Assembly: GCA_013265495.1 (NCBI GenBank)
Contig: MU058669.1
Location: forward strand, 1,038,234-1,102,233
Source of the DNA: Vicugna vicugna
Taxonomy: Eukaryota
Length of the DNA: 64,000 nt
Reading direction: 5' to 3'
The notes beneath the pieces are model-generated. The model made no database searches. It saw only the letters and a list, made by a program, of their open reading frames with translations, and was not told the origin of the DNA. Shown piece after piece: positions 51,687-64,000 of the stretch (position 1 is the first letter of the stretch; each line of letters opens with the position of its first letter). The position numbers and the translations under genes were made by a program.

Positions 51687-52131
51687 CTTTTTTCTTGTAT
51701 AATACTAATTTATTCCACACTGTCTTTGTGTGTAGCTCATACTGCTATTTCTTTCCTCTTTTACCCACAGCCCTTAACTTAAGTAATGTATTTTTATTCT
51801 TGATAGTTTTTAATTGACCATCTATTTTGATCTATTGAGATGAATACTCCTTCCTCTTTTTATATATCTCATGAGCACTGTGCAGGGCACACCAACATCC
51901 TCTCAGTCATCATGACAATAGCATCATACAGAATAGCAGCTTTTAGTGAGTGCTTGCTGCCTGCTAGGCTATTTTCCTAGACATTTCATGTATTATCTCA
52001 TATCATCCTCACAACAAACTTGAGAAGAACTCTCATCATTCTGATTTTAGGATAAGAAAATGAGGTACAGAGAGCTTAAATGATGTTCCTTTTCCACAGA
52101 GATGAAAGTGGTTGCCTGGCCACAGAGCTGG
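51687..52131 (-). pseudogene. Probable retrocopied 3' end of a cellular RNA, containing a MIR, inserted in L1
   Basis: Interrupts collinear L1 sequence. Minus-strand AATAAA at 51709-51714, then an A-rich tail at 51688-51696. MIR at ~51915-52130. Confidence 0.55.
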
Positions 52132-53563
52132 CTAATCTATGTCTCATTATTAGAGAGTTTAATCCATTTACATTTAAAGTAATTACTCATAAAGAGAGAC
52201 TTACTTCTGTTGTATGTTCCTTGCCTTAGACTTAGATCATAAATTTACAACTTTTCAAATATAAATTCCTTGGGGTGCCTTGATTCCCACCATTCATTCA
52301 TACCACTTATGTATTTACTATGTATCAGGCATTGGTACTGGATATTCAGGTGCTGGGTATTCAGAGATAGTTGACTTCCAATAATCTCTCACTGTTCATC
52401 TCTCTCTCTTCCCAATAAAATAGTTAGACCAAAAATTCTGTGCTTAAGAATGATCCTGATCAACAAAATGAAATTATGGTGAGCCTAAGCCAGAGGCTAA
52501 CTTCTCACCAATCTCTGTTTCTAATAACTCTAGCTCTTGAAGCTTGGGTGAATCTCCATTCTGTGGATATCACTGGTCAATTTTAAGTACTAGCCAGTAG
52601 CTGCAAAAAAAAAATGATTTTAAAGAGATTCGGATGCAACATGTAACAGAAGAAGGGGTAGGCAGTAGATGACTTGCTGTTTTATTGATCTTATGTTTTC
52701 TCTGGGATGAGACAAAGTGGTCTGATGGAAGGAAAGGGAAAACTGAAAAGACTCACTGTTATCCAATCCTTTGTTCCCTATGATCTTTCATTACCATCTT
52801 CCACCTCTCTGATACCCTAAAAATTCAGGCTGTACCAAACTCGTGAAAACACTAATGATGCTGAGTCATACACGCTCTCCGCCAGGGTTCTGTTCTCTCT
52901 ACTCACGGAGAGCCATTTGCTAAAACATTCAGAACTGGCTTTATCTGCCTGTGTTTTATGATGCCAGCAAAGCCAGGGGGTTCCTTCAGCTTGTTCTAGA
53001 CTCCCTGCAGTATAATTCAGAGAATGTACATTTTAAGCAGCCCACCCACCCAATTGCTATACATATAGTCAAGTACAGGGCATAACTTGGGAATTTCCAT
53101 TACAGCTAAAGGCTTCACTATCACTGCAATGTGCCATGGAAGACCTAGATGCTTGCTCTCTATTTATAATAAAAAGGACATAGCCTTAATTCCCTGATAA
53201 TCCCTTTTCAAAAAAGTCCTGGGCTGGCATCCAGAGATCTCAGTTCTAGTCAAAAGTCAGCCCTTAGACCATGCATGTTATAGTATGTTGACAACCTTAA
53301 TAGCTTGTGGGAAGAAATAACTAAGCTGAAAAAATTTTTATTGGGGTGACAGGAGTCTAGCAATCAGAATCTGGTCATAGTCAACCATCAAGGGCAGTCT
53401 GGAATCACACTCTTTGAGCAGAATTGCTGGAGCCATCAGTGAGTCCCCTGTGTTCTCCAGTCCCTTGTCTACCTTGCCACCAGAGTGATCTTCCTCAATA
53501 AATCTCCAGTGCCATTCTCCCTGAAGATTCACTTACATACATTATTCTCCCAAATCCTAGGGC

Positions 53564-53714
53564 ACAGTTTCTCAAACTTCAGGGTGCCTTAGAGTCACCT
53601 AGGCTGCTTGTTAAAGTATTAATTCCTGGAATTCAGTATTACTGGAATGGAGCCAAAACCTTCACTTTTGTTTGAGAAGAGCTCCTGGTGAGACAGGTGC
53701 CTTGAGAGCCACCT
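53564..53714. mobile_element. MER5-type hAT element inside an L2 fragment
   Basis: cagtttctcaaacttcagggtgccttagagtcacct...gcttgttaaa. Confidence 0.75.
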
Positions 53715-55858
53715 AGAACAAAGCTAGACCAGAGGAAGAAGTCCAATTTCCTTATCCTAGCATACAAGGCTTTTCTAAATCTGATCCCAACTACATTTTC
53801 CTAATGTTATTTATCCCACATCCCAATTAGTTTGGCAACTCACAGGAAGAAGGAATGCAGAACTCTTGTTCTTCAGGAATTATACCAATGTCCAAAAGTA
53901 TTCTTCCTGCCCGGCCTCAGTCCCTGCCCGTTCAGGATGTACTCCCAGTCCTTACCAGCCCATAGCAATGTCTCCCTCTGCTGAACTTTTCATTGTATGA
54001 GAATCACTGAATCAAATTTTGGGGAAAGTGAAGGGAAAGGCAATGAGACAAGTTTTCCTAGAAATACGATCATGTGAGTTGGGACTATAAAGAAGGAAAA
54101 AAGATTTCCACCAGGAGACATCATACATAAAAGAGAAGAGGCATTTTAGTAGAAGCCCAGTATAAGAAAAGTGATTTCTGTGCACATTTTAAAAACAAGT
54201 GGTCTGTGTCTAAGTCATGCTTCATGAACATGGAAGTTGAAGGTTAAGTCAAGATCAGGTCACAGAGAAGACCTGAAATGCCCTTCAAAACATCATGGAC
54301 TTCGTTCCTAGTGAAGAGAACGGTTAATGACTTGGGGGCTGTAATGATGCTGGCTTGCAAAGTACTCATCACCTGCAAACTCAAGACAGACAACAGAGTC
54401 TGCTCAGGAGGCTGCTTAGGTTTAAATGTTAACTTGTCTGTTTCTTAACCGTGTAATCCTGGAGCACTTACTTCATTTCTTTGAACCTCTTTTCTCATCT
54501 GGACCATGGCAAAAAAATAGTAGATCTTATTTTATAGCTTTCTTGCATTTATCTGTGGCAAGGAAAGCAGCCCTTAGTAATTATATAATAATAAATATTT
54601 AATATTCATATAGCTTATGGGGAATGGATATTATTCCTATCTCTAAAATAAAAAACGCTTTTATCTTTGGAGACTAATCTATAGTAATATAGCTAATAAG
54701 AGCAGAATTCGGCAGTATTTTGCCTTACATAAAAGCTGGACAGGACTTAAGGGACCATTTATTTCAACTCCCTCATTCCTCATTTTGTAGTAAAGAGAAT
54801 TGAGGATTAGAGTGGTGAAGCAATTTGGCCAATGTCACACAGCACACAGTGCGAGCATCCCCTGGTACAAGCTAATAAAGAAGATATAAAGGTCGGCAGG
54901 AGAGTTTCTGCCTGTAAAGAGCTTTCAGGCCAGCAGGAAAGATAGCAGATATGGCAAGCAGGTCTGAACAGGAAGCTGTCATAGGGTCTGGGATGGCTGG
55001 CAAGAGGTAATTGCATCTGTGCCGTAAAATTTGGGTCCATTGACCAGTAGGTGCATTAAGGAAGGGTGAGGGGGTTCATGTCAGATGTATACTGAAATGA
55101 CTTAGGGTGCCTTCTTAGCAACAGACAGCCCAGTTTTTGGAAGAAAGCAACTTTGGAGCAGTGACAGCCTCTTAAAACTACCATTTGTAATTATGGTTGC
55201 TGAAAACTAGAGAAAAAAACTGGAGCAGCAGGAAGCAGATTCTGTCGCTAGTCCCAAATCTTACTCCACCCTCCCCTCCAACACATAGATTCCCCAGGGG
55301 CACATGCAGTGACAGCTGTCACTCCCCAAGCAGCTTAAAATCCCTAAGTGGCCTGGAAGCAGAGAGTAGAGCCGGGAAAGCTGCCTCCGCCCTGCCTGGG
55401 TGGCCTCTCACAGAGTACTGGCAGTCGCCTTTGAAGCACAACCTGGAACCCAGAGGCACCACAGGCCCTAGCAGCTCTGCCCCTTCCCCTGACAGGCATC
55501 TGCTGGGCTTCAGTCTGGGCTCTTCTCCCAGCTGACAAACCCTAAGACAGATCTGAAGGCTGGGATCCCACCCCAGAGCCTTGTGGGGCCACCTGCATCG
55601 CTAATCACTGCCAGGGCCTCGTGGGGGAGTGGGGTGAGTGAGGAGGGCCGGTCATTAAAAGAGAGCTTGCTGAGATGAGGCTTCTGGAGATAAACATCTT
55701 TGCTCTGTTCTGGGAGCTGGCGATCCAATTGTACATTTCAAGAGAGGCTTAATTTGAAAGAGACTGGCATAGGCTCAGTGTGTAAGTCAAGGCGGAAAGG
55801 CCAAGTAACCCCATGGAAATTAGAATTTTTGTTGATGAGAGAAATTCTCGTCCCTCTG

Positions 55859-55894
55859 TGAAATTGTAAATCACTGAAATTGTAAATCACTGAA
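55859..55894. repeat. Perfect 16-bp tandem duplication (tgaaattgtaaatcac x2.25)
   Basis: Seen directly in the sequence. Confidence 0.95.
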
Positions 55895-56674
55895 GACATG
55901 GCTTTGCTCCTTTGGGTCCTGAAGTTTTTCTAGAAATGCCAGTTTCAATTATCAGTTAATACCAGAAACATGAATTTCATTTAGTCTCCCTTCTAAAATC
56001 AGACTGCTGATTGAGACGGAACTAGCCACACTGACCACCACTGGAGCTTGGGGTCATGTGAGGAACAGTGAGAGGGGCAGGTGGCAGGGGCCTCGGTTAC
56101 ATTTTGCCACAACCATCCTCACATCCTTATTACTGGACTCCTGCACCTGTCCTCAGCTAAATAGGAATTGGGGAGATTTTAATCAGACCCAGCTTCTATC
56201 CATCTCTTTTGCTAGCTGTGCTCTGCCATCTCAGTCAGGTGGTTTATTATCATTAATTATCATAACTCCAGAGAATAGCCATCCAGATTGTTCTCTCCAG
56301 AGCATGTTCTGACCCTTAGTCCTGCACATCCTTGAAAGTCCTGCAGACACGCCACCTTTCCCAGGGAGCCTTCCCTTCCCTTTGGTAACCGTAGGGAGCT
56401 CTTTCTCCTCTAAAAAATACTACTTAAAAATTAAAAATTACTGCAGCACTTCTTATCACTCCTAAGAATCTAATACAAGTTGCATTTGTTTTCTGAGTGA
56501 AGGATCCTCCTTATTTGAATGTTCACTGCATTTTTTTCCCACCTTTGAAAGTTGGCGTGAAAGCTAGAATCATGAACTCAAAACCTTTACCAATTAATTC
56601 ACCCCTAGTCAAGTCAGTGTCTACGCAGTCATCTCTATTTCCTCAACACTAGCGTCAGTTCTCATGCTCATGCT

Positions 56675-56901
56675 AAGGGTTGGCAAATTTTTCCTGTAAA
56701 AAGCCAGACGGTAAATATTTTGGGCATTGTGTGCCACATGGTCTACGTCATAGCTATGTAACTCTGCCGTTGTGGCCTGAAAGCAGCCACAGATAGTACA
56801 GGCATGGATGGTTGGTCGTGGCTGTTTGCTAATAAAATTTTATTTACAGAAGTAGGCAGTGGGGAGATTTGGTTATTGGGCTGTAGTTTGTTCACCAACA
56901 G
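56675..56901. mobile_element. MER58A hAT element
   Basis: gggttggcaaatttttcctgtaaaaagccagacggtaaatattttgggc...ctaataaaattttatttaca. Confidence 0.9.
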
Positions 56902-57723
56902 TGTAAACTATCATGTCACCTTCATTTGACAATTTTCTGTTGATTGTCAGAGTTTAGAGTTATAACACAATGCAAAGCAGCTACAAAGTCAGTTTGCAAA
57001 CCACAGGACTTTGTGGTATCTGTGAAAATGAGGTGGAATAATTGCTTGAGTTAAACTTAAGCCATGGACAAATGAGAATATCACAGAATTAGACCAATGA
57101 AAGAGAAAAAAATCAGTAAGAATCACAAATGCATAGGAGCTTCAAGTAAGACTATGGAAAGATGCAGAAAAACCCTACAGAAAATTGATGAACCATCAAA
57201 TATTTTTGCAAAATTACTCATTTTAATGATAGTATTTTAAAAATCCAATACAGAGTAAAGAGTGGTAAATTTTGCTTCCACAAAACTAAAGAAAAATTAT
57301 GCCAGCAGATAGCATGGTCATATTTTCTGCATCTCATGAATTAGGACATTGTTGCAACTTTAAATTAAAGTCTGATAAATAAAAAGATAAATTGGCTCTT
57401 ATAATTTAATTTCATTTTTTTTCAAGATCAGTTCCTGGCCAAAATTTTCCCTTCATATAAAAATTTGGTCCCCATTATAAGAGTGTTTACTTTATAAAGT
57501 GGCATTTTAAATGTGAGTTATCCTTATATAATAAATACTTCCTTGATGTGAAATCCTCATCTTCTTAAAGGAGACCTTGAAGTCCTTGAGGGTAGTAACC
57601 ACATCCAATTCATTTTTCTTTCTCACAGCTTCCAGAATCATATTTTATAGCCAGTAGACATTAAATGAATATTTAGTTCCTTTCTGACTATTGTCCCTTA
57701 ATTCCTCCGTTTAAAAAATATAT

Positions 57724-58800
57724 TTATGCAGTTTTCGCTTTAGATGATAGTACAGGACCATATAAATGGCTGTGTACACTGTAACTATGCAAAGTGATCT
57801 GAATTATCAGTGCAATAATTAAGATTGTTCTGTGACCTTTAATTTTTGTATCAAAACATTGAAATTCTCTTACTGGTTGGTTACACATATATAAGGAAAT
57901 GAAAAATAGTCAAACTAATATTTATTTGTACACTGTAAGCTGTTAGAAACAGTGAGTCTTACAGTGTTTTTTTGCTCTAGTAGAAAAACTTACCAAGGGT
58001 AATTTGAACAGTGCATGCTTTCTCCTTGTAAAAGTGTATCATAGAGAAAACGTGTTTTCTGTGCCATAGAGAATTGTCATCATCTTTTCTAAGTTTGGAT
58101 TATCTTTTAATATCTTATCCTTTTCTCTTTCAATGTTATGAAGTATCTCCAAGGGTTCCTTCAACATGAAGCATTTTGCTGGCATCACTTTCTTTAAGAT
58201 ACCATCATCCTTTTGGTCACAAACGCTTTTCTCACTGATGTTGGTAAATTCGTCTTCACCAAGTTCCTTTAGCTGCATATTTAAAGTCACTTTCAATGGT
58301 GGCAGCTGTCAGCATTTCCATGGTCAGGTCAGCTTTTTTTTTTTTTCTATTAACTCCATTATATCCAATTGACATTTCACTTTCAATATCTTTACTATTT
58401 TTTTCTCTTTGCATTGTCATATCTGTGGCCAATTCCCTTTTGTGATTATCCTTTTCTATAAAACATCACATGGGTTTATCACTAGAAGACAGAAGCCAAC
58501 ACAGCTACACACTTTGCTGTCTGTGTATGAACTGGATATCAGATACACAGTGACTGATAACTGACAACTTTGAAAGAAGTGACATGTCTACTCACCGATC
58601 ATGGCGTGCACCTGTTAACCTATGTAGTGACTTGTGGACTGAAGAGCCAGCAGCAGAGTTTGCACTCCACTAAATTATTTCCAGTTAATATACTGTGGTA
58701 ACTGAACTATGAACCATAATGTTGGGGGTCTGGTATTATCTAGCTAAATTGGCAGCTGAAACTTGTGCATACTGAAACTGTGCAAAGTGAGGACAGCCTA
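57724..58800 (-). mobile_element. Internally deleted Tigger-family transposon with transposase remnant
   Basis: Degenerate TIRs (tgcagttttcgcttt / gcaaagtgaggacagcc). ORF 58039-58296 resembles the acidic C-terminal part of Tigger transposases (LEILHNIE...NPNLEK). Confidence 0.65.
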
Positions 58801-60259
58801 TATAGAATATAAAATTCTTTTCTTAACCACGTAAATGTATTATCAATTAAAAACCTTGATAAAAGTTTTCAAAGTTCATTACTTTGTATAGTCATGCCCC
58901 AAACAACTTCATGTTACCATGAAATTTATGTGCATTTTTCATTCAGTGATATAAAATTTGCTTTTTGGACACTGATTCATCCTGTGCCTCACGGTGGGGA
59001 ACACAGCTGTCCTTGTGCATGAGCAGATGGCCTGCTCCACCTTCTGGTGATTCAGAACACAGCGAACCTGCCTTCACCTCCCTCCTGGGCACACACCCCA
59101 TGGCGAGATATCTGACTAAGCAGTACAGGAGGGTGAGTTGGTACTTACGCTGGGACATGGCGGGGACTAACCCTAGATTTAGGGATGGGAAACAGGCCTA
59201 CTAGAAGGTCCAGAAAATTTTATGTTTGCTCACACGTTAAGATTTCACACATGTTCAAGAAGGCCCTTTGATATTTTGTGCCATTCGACTGCCTCTATGA
59301 AATGACATTATCAGGGATTGTTCTTTCTCTAGAGATCCACAGATGATGCCCACACATCTCCTGATCCTGCTGATTTTCCCCACATAACACCACTGCGCTA
59401 CAGCTCACATATGTGGCTCATTTATTTTTTAAAATAACGAACCAGAAAGGGAAAGTACATCTGTGTTTCACATGATTTTCCTTTCATAAGAGGGAGCTAA
59501 GGTCCAGGTGGTATGCAGCATGCCTGAAGCCCACTGAAGTCTCCCTGTGGGACCGTGACAGAGCTGTAGGTGGCCTAGAAATACGCTAAAAAGGCAAGAC
59601 TTCTCCTGGAGTAGAGATGGTGCTCCCAGAGGCTTGCAGAAGACATTAAGTAAAGGAACTACATGGTAGGGTGAGAGCTACCTGAGAGAAGGTGGAACTT
59701 GGTATTAAACAGTAGTCCCCAAAGAAGACTCCTCTGGTCCACAGCTTCCAGGGATGAGACTTTTGATGACTCCTATAACTTCTACCATGTGGTAAGTTGT
59801 AGTAAAGATAGATAAAAAAGGAGGCTGTAGAAAGACTAGGCTATAATCCCCCACCCTAGAGAGCCAGTAATTTACTTACTCATGGATGAATTCTCATGAG
59901 TGAATGAAGCCCCCCACCCGCCTTGATGAATCTAAGAGCAGGCACAACTCTGGGGAAAAGCCTGCAGTAATAGGTCTCAAAGTTCTGAGGTTGATGTATC
60001 TGCTCAGAAGTACCAGGATCAAAAGTAGACACTGCTAGGGGAGGCTGGTACCCTAGACCACTCCTGCAGAGGTGGTGATAAGTTTAAAATACTGGTTTGA
60101 TAAAGGGACATTTGTACTAAAGGGAGATGTGACTGTCCATTTGAAGTAGACCCCTCTGTATCCATCATAGTGTACATTTCCCCATTTTATAATAGCATCT
60201 TAAATTCCTTTTTGAAGAATCTTCCCACCTCTCACTCTCATTGCATATAGTTCTAATGA

Positions 60260-60590
60260 CCTTTGGGGACAAAAGAATGGCAATAAACCAGTCATAGATA
60301 AATCAGCCCATCTTCCTGGCCACAGGGACTCTTCAGGGACAGGAGCATGACCTATTCTGGAAATGCTGAATGGGATATTTTCATTCTCCACCAGGACTGG
60401 ACCTAGGAGGATATAAGCCTTTAGCTGCTGTGCTCCCTCATATAAGGAGAGGCAACCAGAAGAAAGCTAGAGCCATGGGATGAAAAGCAAGTGTTGAAGA
60501 ATGGTAGAGTTCTGACAATAGTGTTGGAGCCCCTGGATCCAGCCATACATGATGCCATTACCTGAACTTATTTATTATATGATCCAATAA
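60260..60590 (+). mobile_element. MaLR (MLT1-type) fragment
   Basis: ggagcccctggatccagccatacatgatgcc. Confidence 0.6.
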
Positions 60591-62315
60591 TAGTCCTAGT
60601 GTGAGGGGAGGGAAAGGAGATTTAAGTATAGAAAAGGAAAGGATCTTACTCATTTCCAAGGCTGGTGAGTGGCAGAGTTGGGATAACAACCCAGGTCTTT
60701 GGACTCCAAGTTCAGAGTCATTTTACTCTTATAATATAGGTATGAGGAAAGCTATGGAAAAATGTGAGAGGTTAAATTAGCAGAACCATAATTCGTGGTA
60801 GAAGGCAAATGCTGTAGCAGGAACAAAAAGAGGTTAGTACCTCAAACTGTATAACCATCCCACCATTGCACAAGGCTGAAATCTTACACTGTAGTTTTTA
60901 GTCATTCAAATATAACCAAATAATGTGGTTTGATGAAGCACATATTTCTGACCTCAGGAGCCTAGAGCAAAGGTTTTATAATTTATTCAAAAACCACAAA
61001 GTGAAGTAATGCGGTATTTTAAAATGTAGGCATTTAGATTTTTCCATTGTTCAACATTGATGATAACAAAAGAAAAAAATCCTAATTCACTGAATTTTGA
61101 GTATGTATTGATGTCATGATGTTAAACATAGGCTTTGCCTGATGATCTGAAAGGCTGACTGAAAGGTACAAATAGACCACAGCACCGCCTTTGAGACTTT
61201 GTATGAATTTCAAAAGATTCCCAGATCATTTGTTTGTCCTTGTTCTCAAGCCTTCAGTACATTCTAAAAGGTCATTTTATTTTTCCTTTGGAGTATTACC
61301 TTGTAAAAACCAACTTCCGGCAAATTACACAGAAATGTGGTAGAATTAGGGACATGCTAAAAATGGTTCCTGGGCATAAACTCATGACTCTACAGAGAAA
61401 GCCAGAGTTGAGCACGTCTTTCCTTTTATAAACTTGCCTGTCCTCAGTCTATCCTCCAGAAATCCAGAAGGAATAGACTGCAGTACCTTGAGTATGTGCT
61501 TATCACTTTTAGAACACATCTGTGTCTTGATTAATGTTTTGTTTCCGGGACAATCCTGCATGATATTACTCTGAGGTTGAGTGGTAATAAAACATCTATA
61601 GTTTTCTTCAGAGCGAGAAAATCTATGAAATAATTGCATGCGTTTGATGACAGAGAAAGTCTATTTCCTTCCTTCCTTCTTTTTTTTTTTTTTTTTGGTT
61701 TCCTGGCAATGAGAATAATCCTTACAAATCAAATGACAGAATGGCCATTGTTAGTGGAGAATGGAAAATCAGTATATGAGAAGGAATGGTAAGGCTTATT
61801 CTCAAAAAGTGCAATTTTCCTGGTTTTGAAGAAAACACGTTGAGGGAATTGTTAAGTAAGATTACTGAACCACTCGCTAGTGGAACCCTGTTAAAATAGA
61901 AACTGTTATAAATCATTAAAGCTAGGCAAGGAGATGGGAGCAACTCCTGACCAAGGAATATAATGTCACTGTTGGAGGAAAGTTTAGAATAAAGTGTTTG
62001 AAGATGTGTTTCCTAACCCCTGTTAAGAAGAAGTTGTAATTAGTGAGAGCCAGCATGGTTTTACTCAGAATTGTTGATTTACCCTTAAAACACAAATGGA
62101 AAGCCATAAATTTTTGTGGATGTTCCTTTGGATACATTGCTGAATAACTCAAGTTTCTGCTTTCATAGTGCCTGCGTCTAATGGGGTGAGATACAAAAAT
62201 AAATAGACATAATATACTTTCTGTTAATGGTAGCTATTGCAAGGAAAATGTATTAAGCTTAGGACAGAGTAATATAAATTAGCCCTACTGATTGATTGAC
62301 ATTATTAGTCTAGAG

Positions 62316-62551
62316 CAAGTGGTTCTCAGTTGGAGACAGTTGTACATGCCCTTCCCTCTCATGGGGCATTTGGCAATGTCTGGAGATATTTTTGGTTGCC
62401 AGAGGTGTGTAGAGTAGCTACTTACATCTCGTGATTGGAAGCAGGGATGCTGCTAAACATCCTATAAAACACAGGTCAGCCTCCCACAACAAGAATTATT
62501 TTGGGCCATTTGGCCCAAAATATCAATTAGTCCTGAGATGGAAAAACTCTG
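62316..62551. mobile_element. MER20 hAT element
   Basis: gtggttctca...catttggcaatgtctggagatatttttggttg...cagggatgctgctaaacatccta. TSD gtctagag/gtctagat. Confidence 0.92.
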
Positions 62552-62559
62552 GTCTAGAT

Positions 62560-62789
62560 CCTACATTCTCAACAGGGATAATATTGCTTTCAGGGGACAT
62601 AAGATTGGTTTTTAGGAAATGAAAAAACCTTACTATTTTTATGTATAAGGCATAGATACACATACAATTCATGAACAGATAAACATTGTATCTGTGGTAT
62701 TAACATTTCATGGGGCTGAGTGATTAGGGGGAAAGTCTCAAAAGGCTCCCTGGGGAAATGATAATAGAAAAAAAGGTTTGGAAACACTG
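62560..62789. mobile_element. hAT-Charlie family short element (Charlie4-like)
   Basis: TIR-like ends (cattctcaac / gtttggaaacactg), flanked by gtctagat and gtttggag. Confidence 0.7.
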
Positions 62790-62797
62790 GTTTGGAG

Positions 62798-63306
62798 CAG
62801 GAATCAGCACACTTCTGCGTAGGGGTAGTTAGTGTATATCTTTGCATTTGTGGCCGTACAGCTTTTGTGGCAACTACTCCTCTGCCATTGCAGCACAAAA
62901 ACAGCCTTAGACATAAACAAGCAGCCTCTGTTTAGAGGGGGATGACTATGTCCTAATAAAACTTTATTTAAAAAAACACAAGAGATGGGGGAAAAAAAAG
63001 AGCGAACGCTGGTGAAACCAGCAGAGGACTGATGGTCAGAAGATAATTCCAGTCCAGCTCTCCGTAGCTGTCTTTGTGACTCTGAGCCAGCCTTTATTTC
63101 CTCATCTCTCTCAGACTCTCAGAAATATTCATAACTCAGCTGCGACTTCCTATATTGCATTTGTGTCATGAAGATATGATTAAATAAGCTAGTTTTCCCT
63201 TTGAAAATTTAAAACTATGCTATCAGTAAATGATAACGAAAGAAAGAAAACACAAAAAAGAGATGGGTCAAGTTTGGCCGATGGGGTATAGTTTGCTGAA
63301 ACCAGG
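62798..63306. mobile_element. MER58A split by a ~270-bp insert
   Basis: Left arm ends ctaataaaactttattta, right arm reads tttggccgatggggtatagtttgctga. Collinear with the copy at 56675. Flanked by gtttggag and gtttagag. Confidence 0.85.
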
Positions 63307-64000
63307 GTTTAGAGTATCAGTAAAAAAAACAATAGAAATACAAGATACATGCCATATTAATATGCAGATACATTAATGGTAATCTCAATGTGTGTATGTG
63401 TAAACATTCAAGAAGACTCTGTTATATGAATGAGCAATTAAGGGGTTTTCCCTTGAGATACAATTAAATAATTATCTTCCTAAATGTTATAAATGGATGG
63501 ATATCAAATTTGAAGGAAATCCCTGATGATATGCTACAAGATCTAGCTGGCGTTTCCATTAAAAACAGTTAAAAACTTAAAATAAATTCATGAGGCTCAC
63601 TTAGCACGTAGCAAAAGACTGGATGTGAACAGGGCGGGAAACTGCATTAAATGGAAGATTAGGGACCACAGTGGAAAGGAGTGGGCGACTGGTTTAGAGA
63701 AATAGGATGTTTCGGTATCAAACGTGCAGTCTCAAAGAACACTTGGCGTTCCTTCTGAGGTATCACATGGTATAAGAGCCTTCAGCTTTAGCTTCTCGTA
63801 TTTACATCTTCTCCATCTACTCCCTAAATGCTGAATCATTGTCATTTATTCTATAGTATGTTTTACCTACTGGAATTTACCTCTGGTACCAGGATGTAGG
63901 GAACTGGCACTATTAGGAGACAGTAAATCTAGGTGCATGTAATAGTGTCCCCTCAACATGGCTTAAACAAGGTGGTAGTGTATTTCTCTGTCATGTGATG

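Larger units (their letters stand above)
45260..52212 (-). mobile_element. Older L1 ORF2 body in three pieces (45260-46692, 49713-51686, 52132-52212)
   Basis: Continuous antisense L1 text. ORF 49893-50084 SIDAEKAFNKIQHPF is an L1 RT motif; ORF 50679-50891 resembles the EN-RT linker. Confidence 0.9.
61740..63700 (+). mobile_element. Highly decayed CR1/L3 ORF2 pieces on either side of the hAT cluster
   Basis: agccagcatggttttactcagaa (62048) and tcaaatttgaaggaaatccctgatgatatgctacaag (63503) resemble successive CR1 RT segments. Confidence 0.4.

Noticed and set aside
59470..60200. Possible ancient LTR relic
   Set aside because: No termini, TSD or family match that I can support.
62308..63314. 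CRISPR-like repeat-spacer array
   Set aside because: The repeats are 8-bp hAT TSDs, the spacers are transposons, the DNA is mammalian and no cas genes are present.

Overview
Repeat-rich, non-coding mammalian DNA, most likely from a camelid. That call is an inference from the recalled style of the young L1 3' ends and from seeing no Alu, B1, Bov-A/BovB, PRE-1 or Can-SINE copies. I recognise no cellular protein-coding exon; the only recognisable ORFs are decayed L1 ORF1/ORF2 and a Tigger-like transposase remnant. A small CpG island at ~17.8-18.45 kb (tandem GC boxes, YY1 motif, candidate GC splice donor, perfect heat-shock element) suggests an unidentified + strand transcript. The rest is layered L1, L2, MIR, CR1, ERV1/MaLR solo LTRs, hAT and Tigger fossils, with one 102-N gap. 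The best observations are: a pristine tailless U4 snRNA retrocopy with a 13-bp TSD; a 2.8-kb ORF1-only (HAL1-like) L1 in a three-layer nest; three hAT elements in tandem at one 8-bp target; two apparent retrocopied RNA fragments carrying old MIRs inside younger elements; a chimeric L1 inside an 18-bp TSD; and an unexplained 59-bp duplicated module. I cannot support a genuinely new biological system here. Repeat family names are from recall, not database searches, and boundaries without a stated TSD are approximate.
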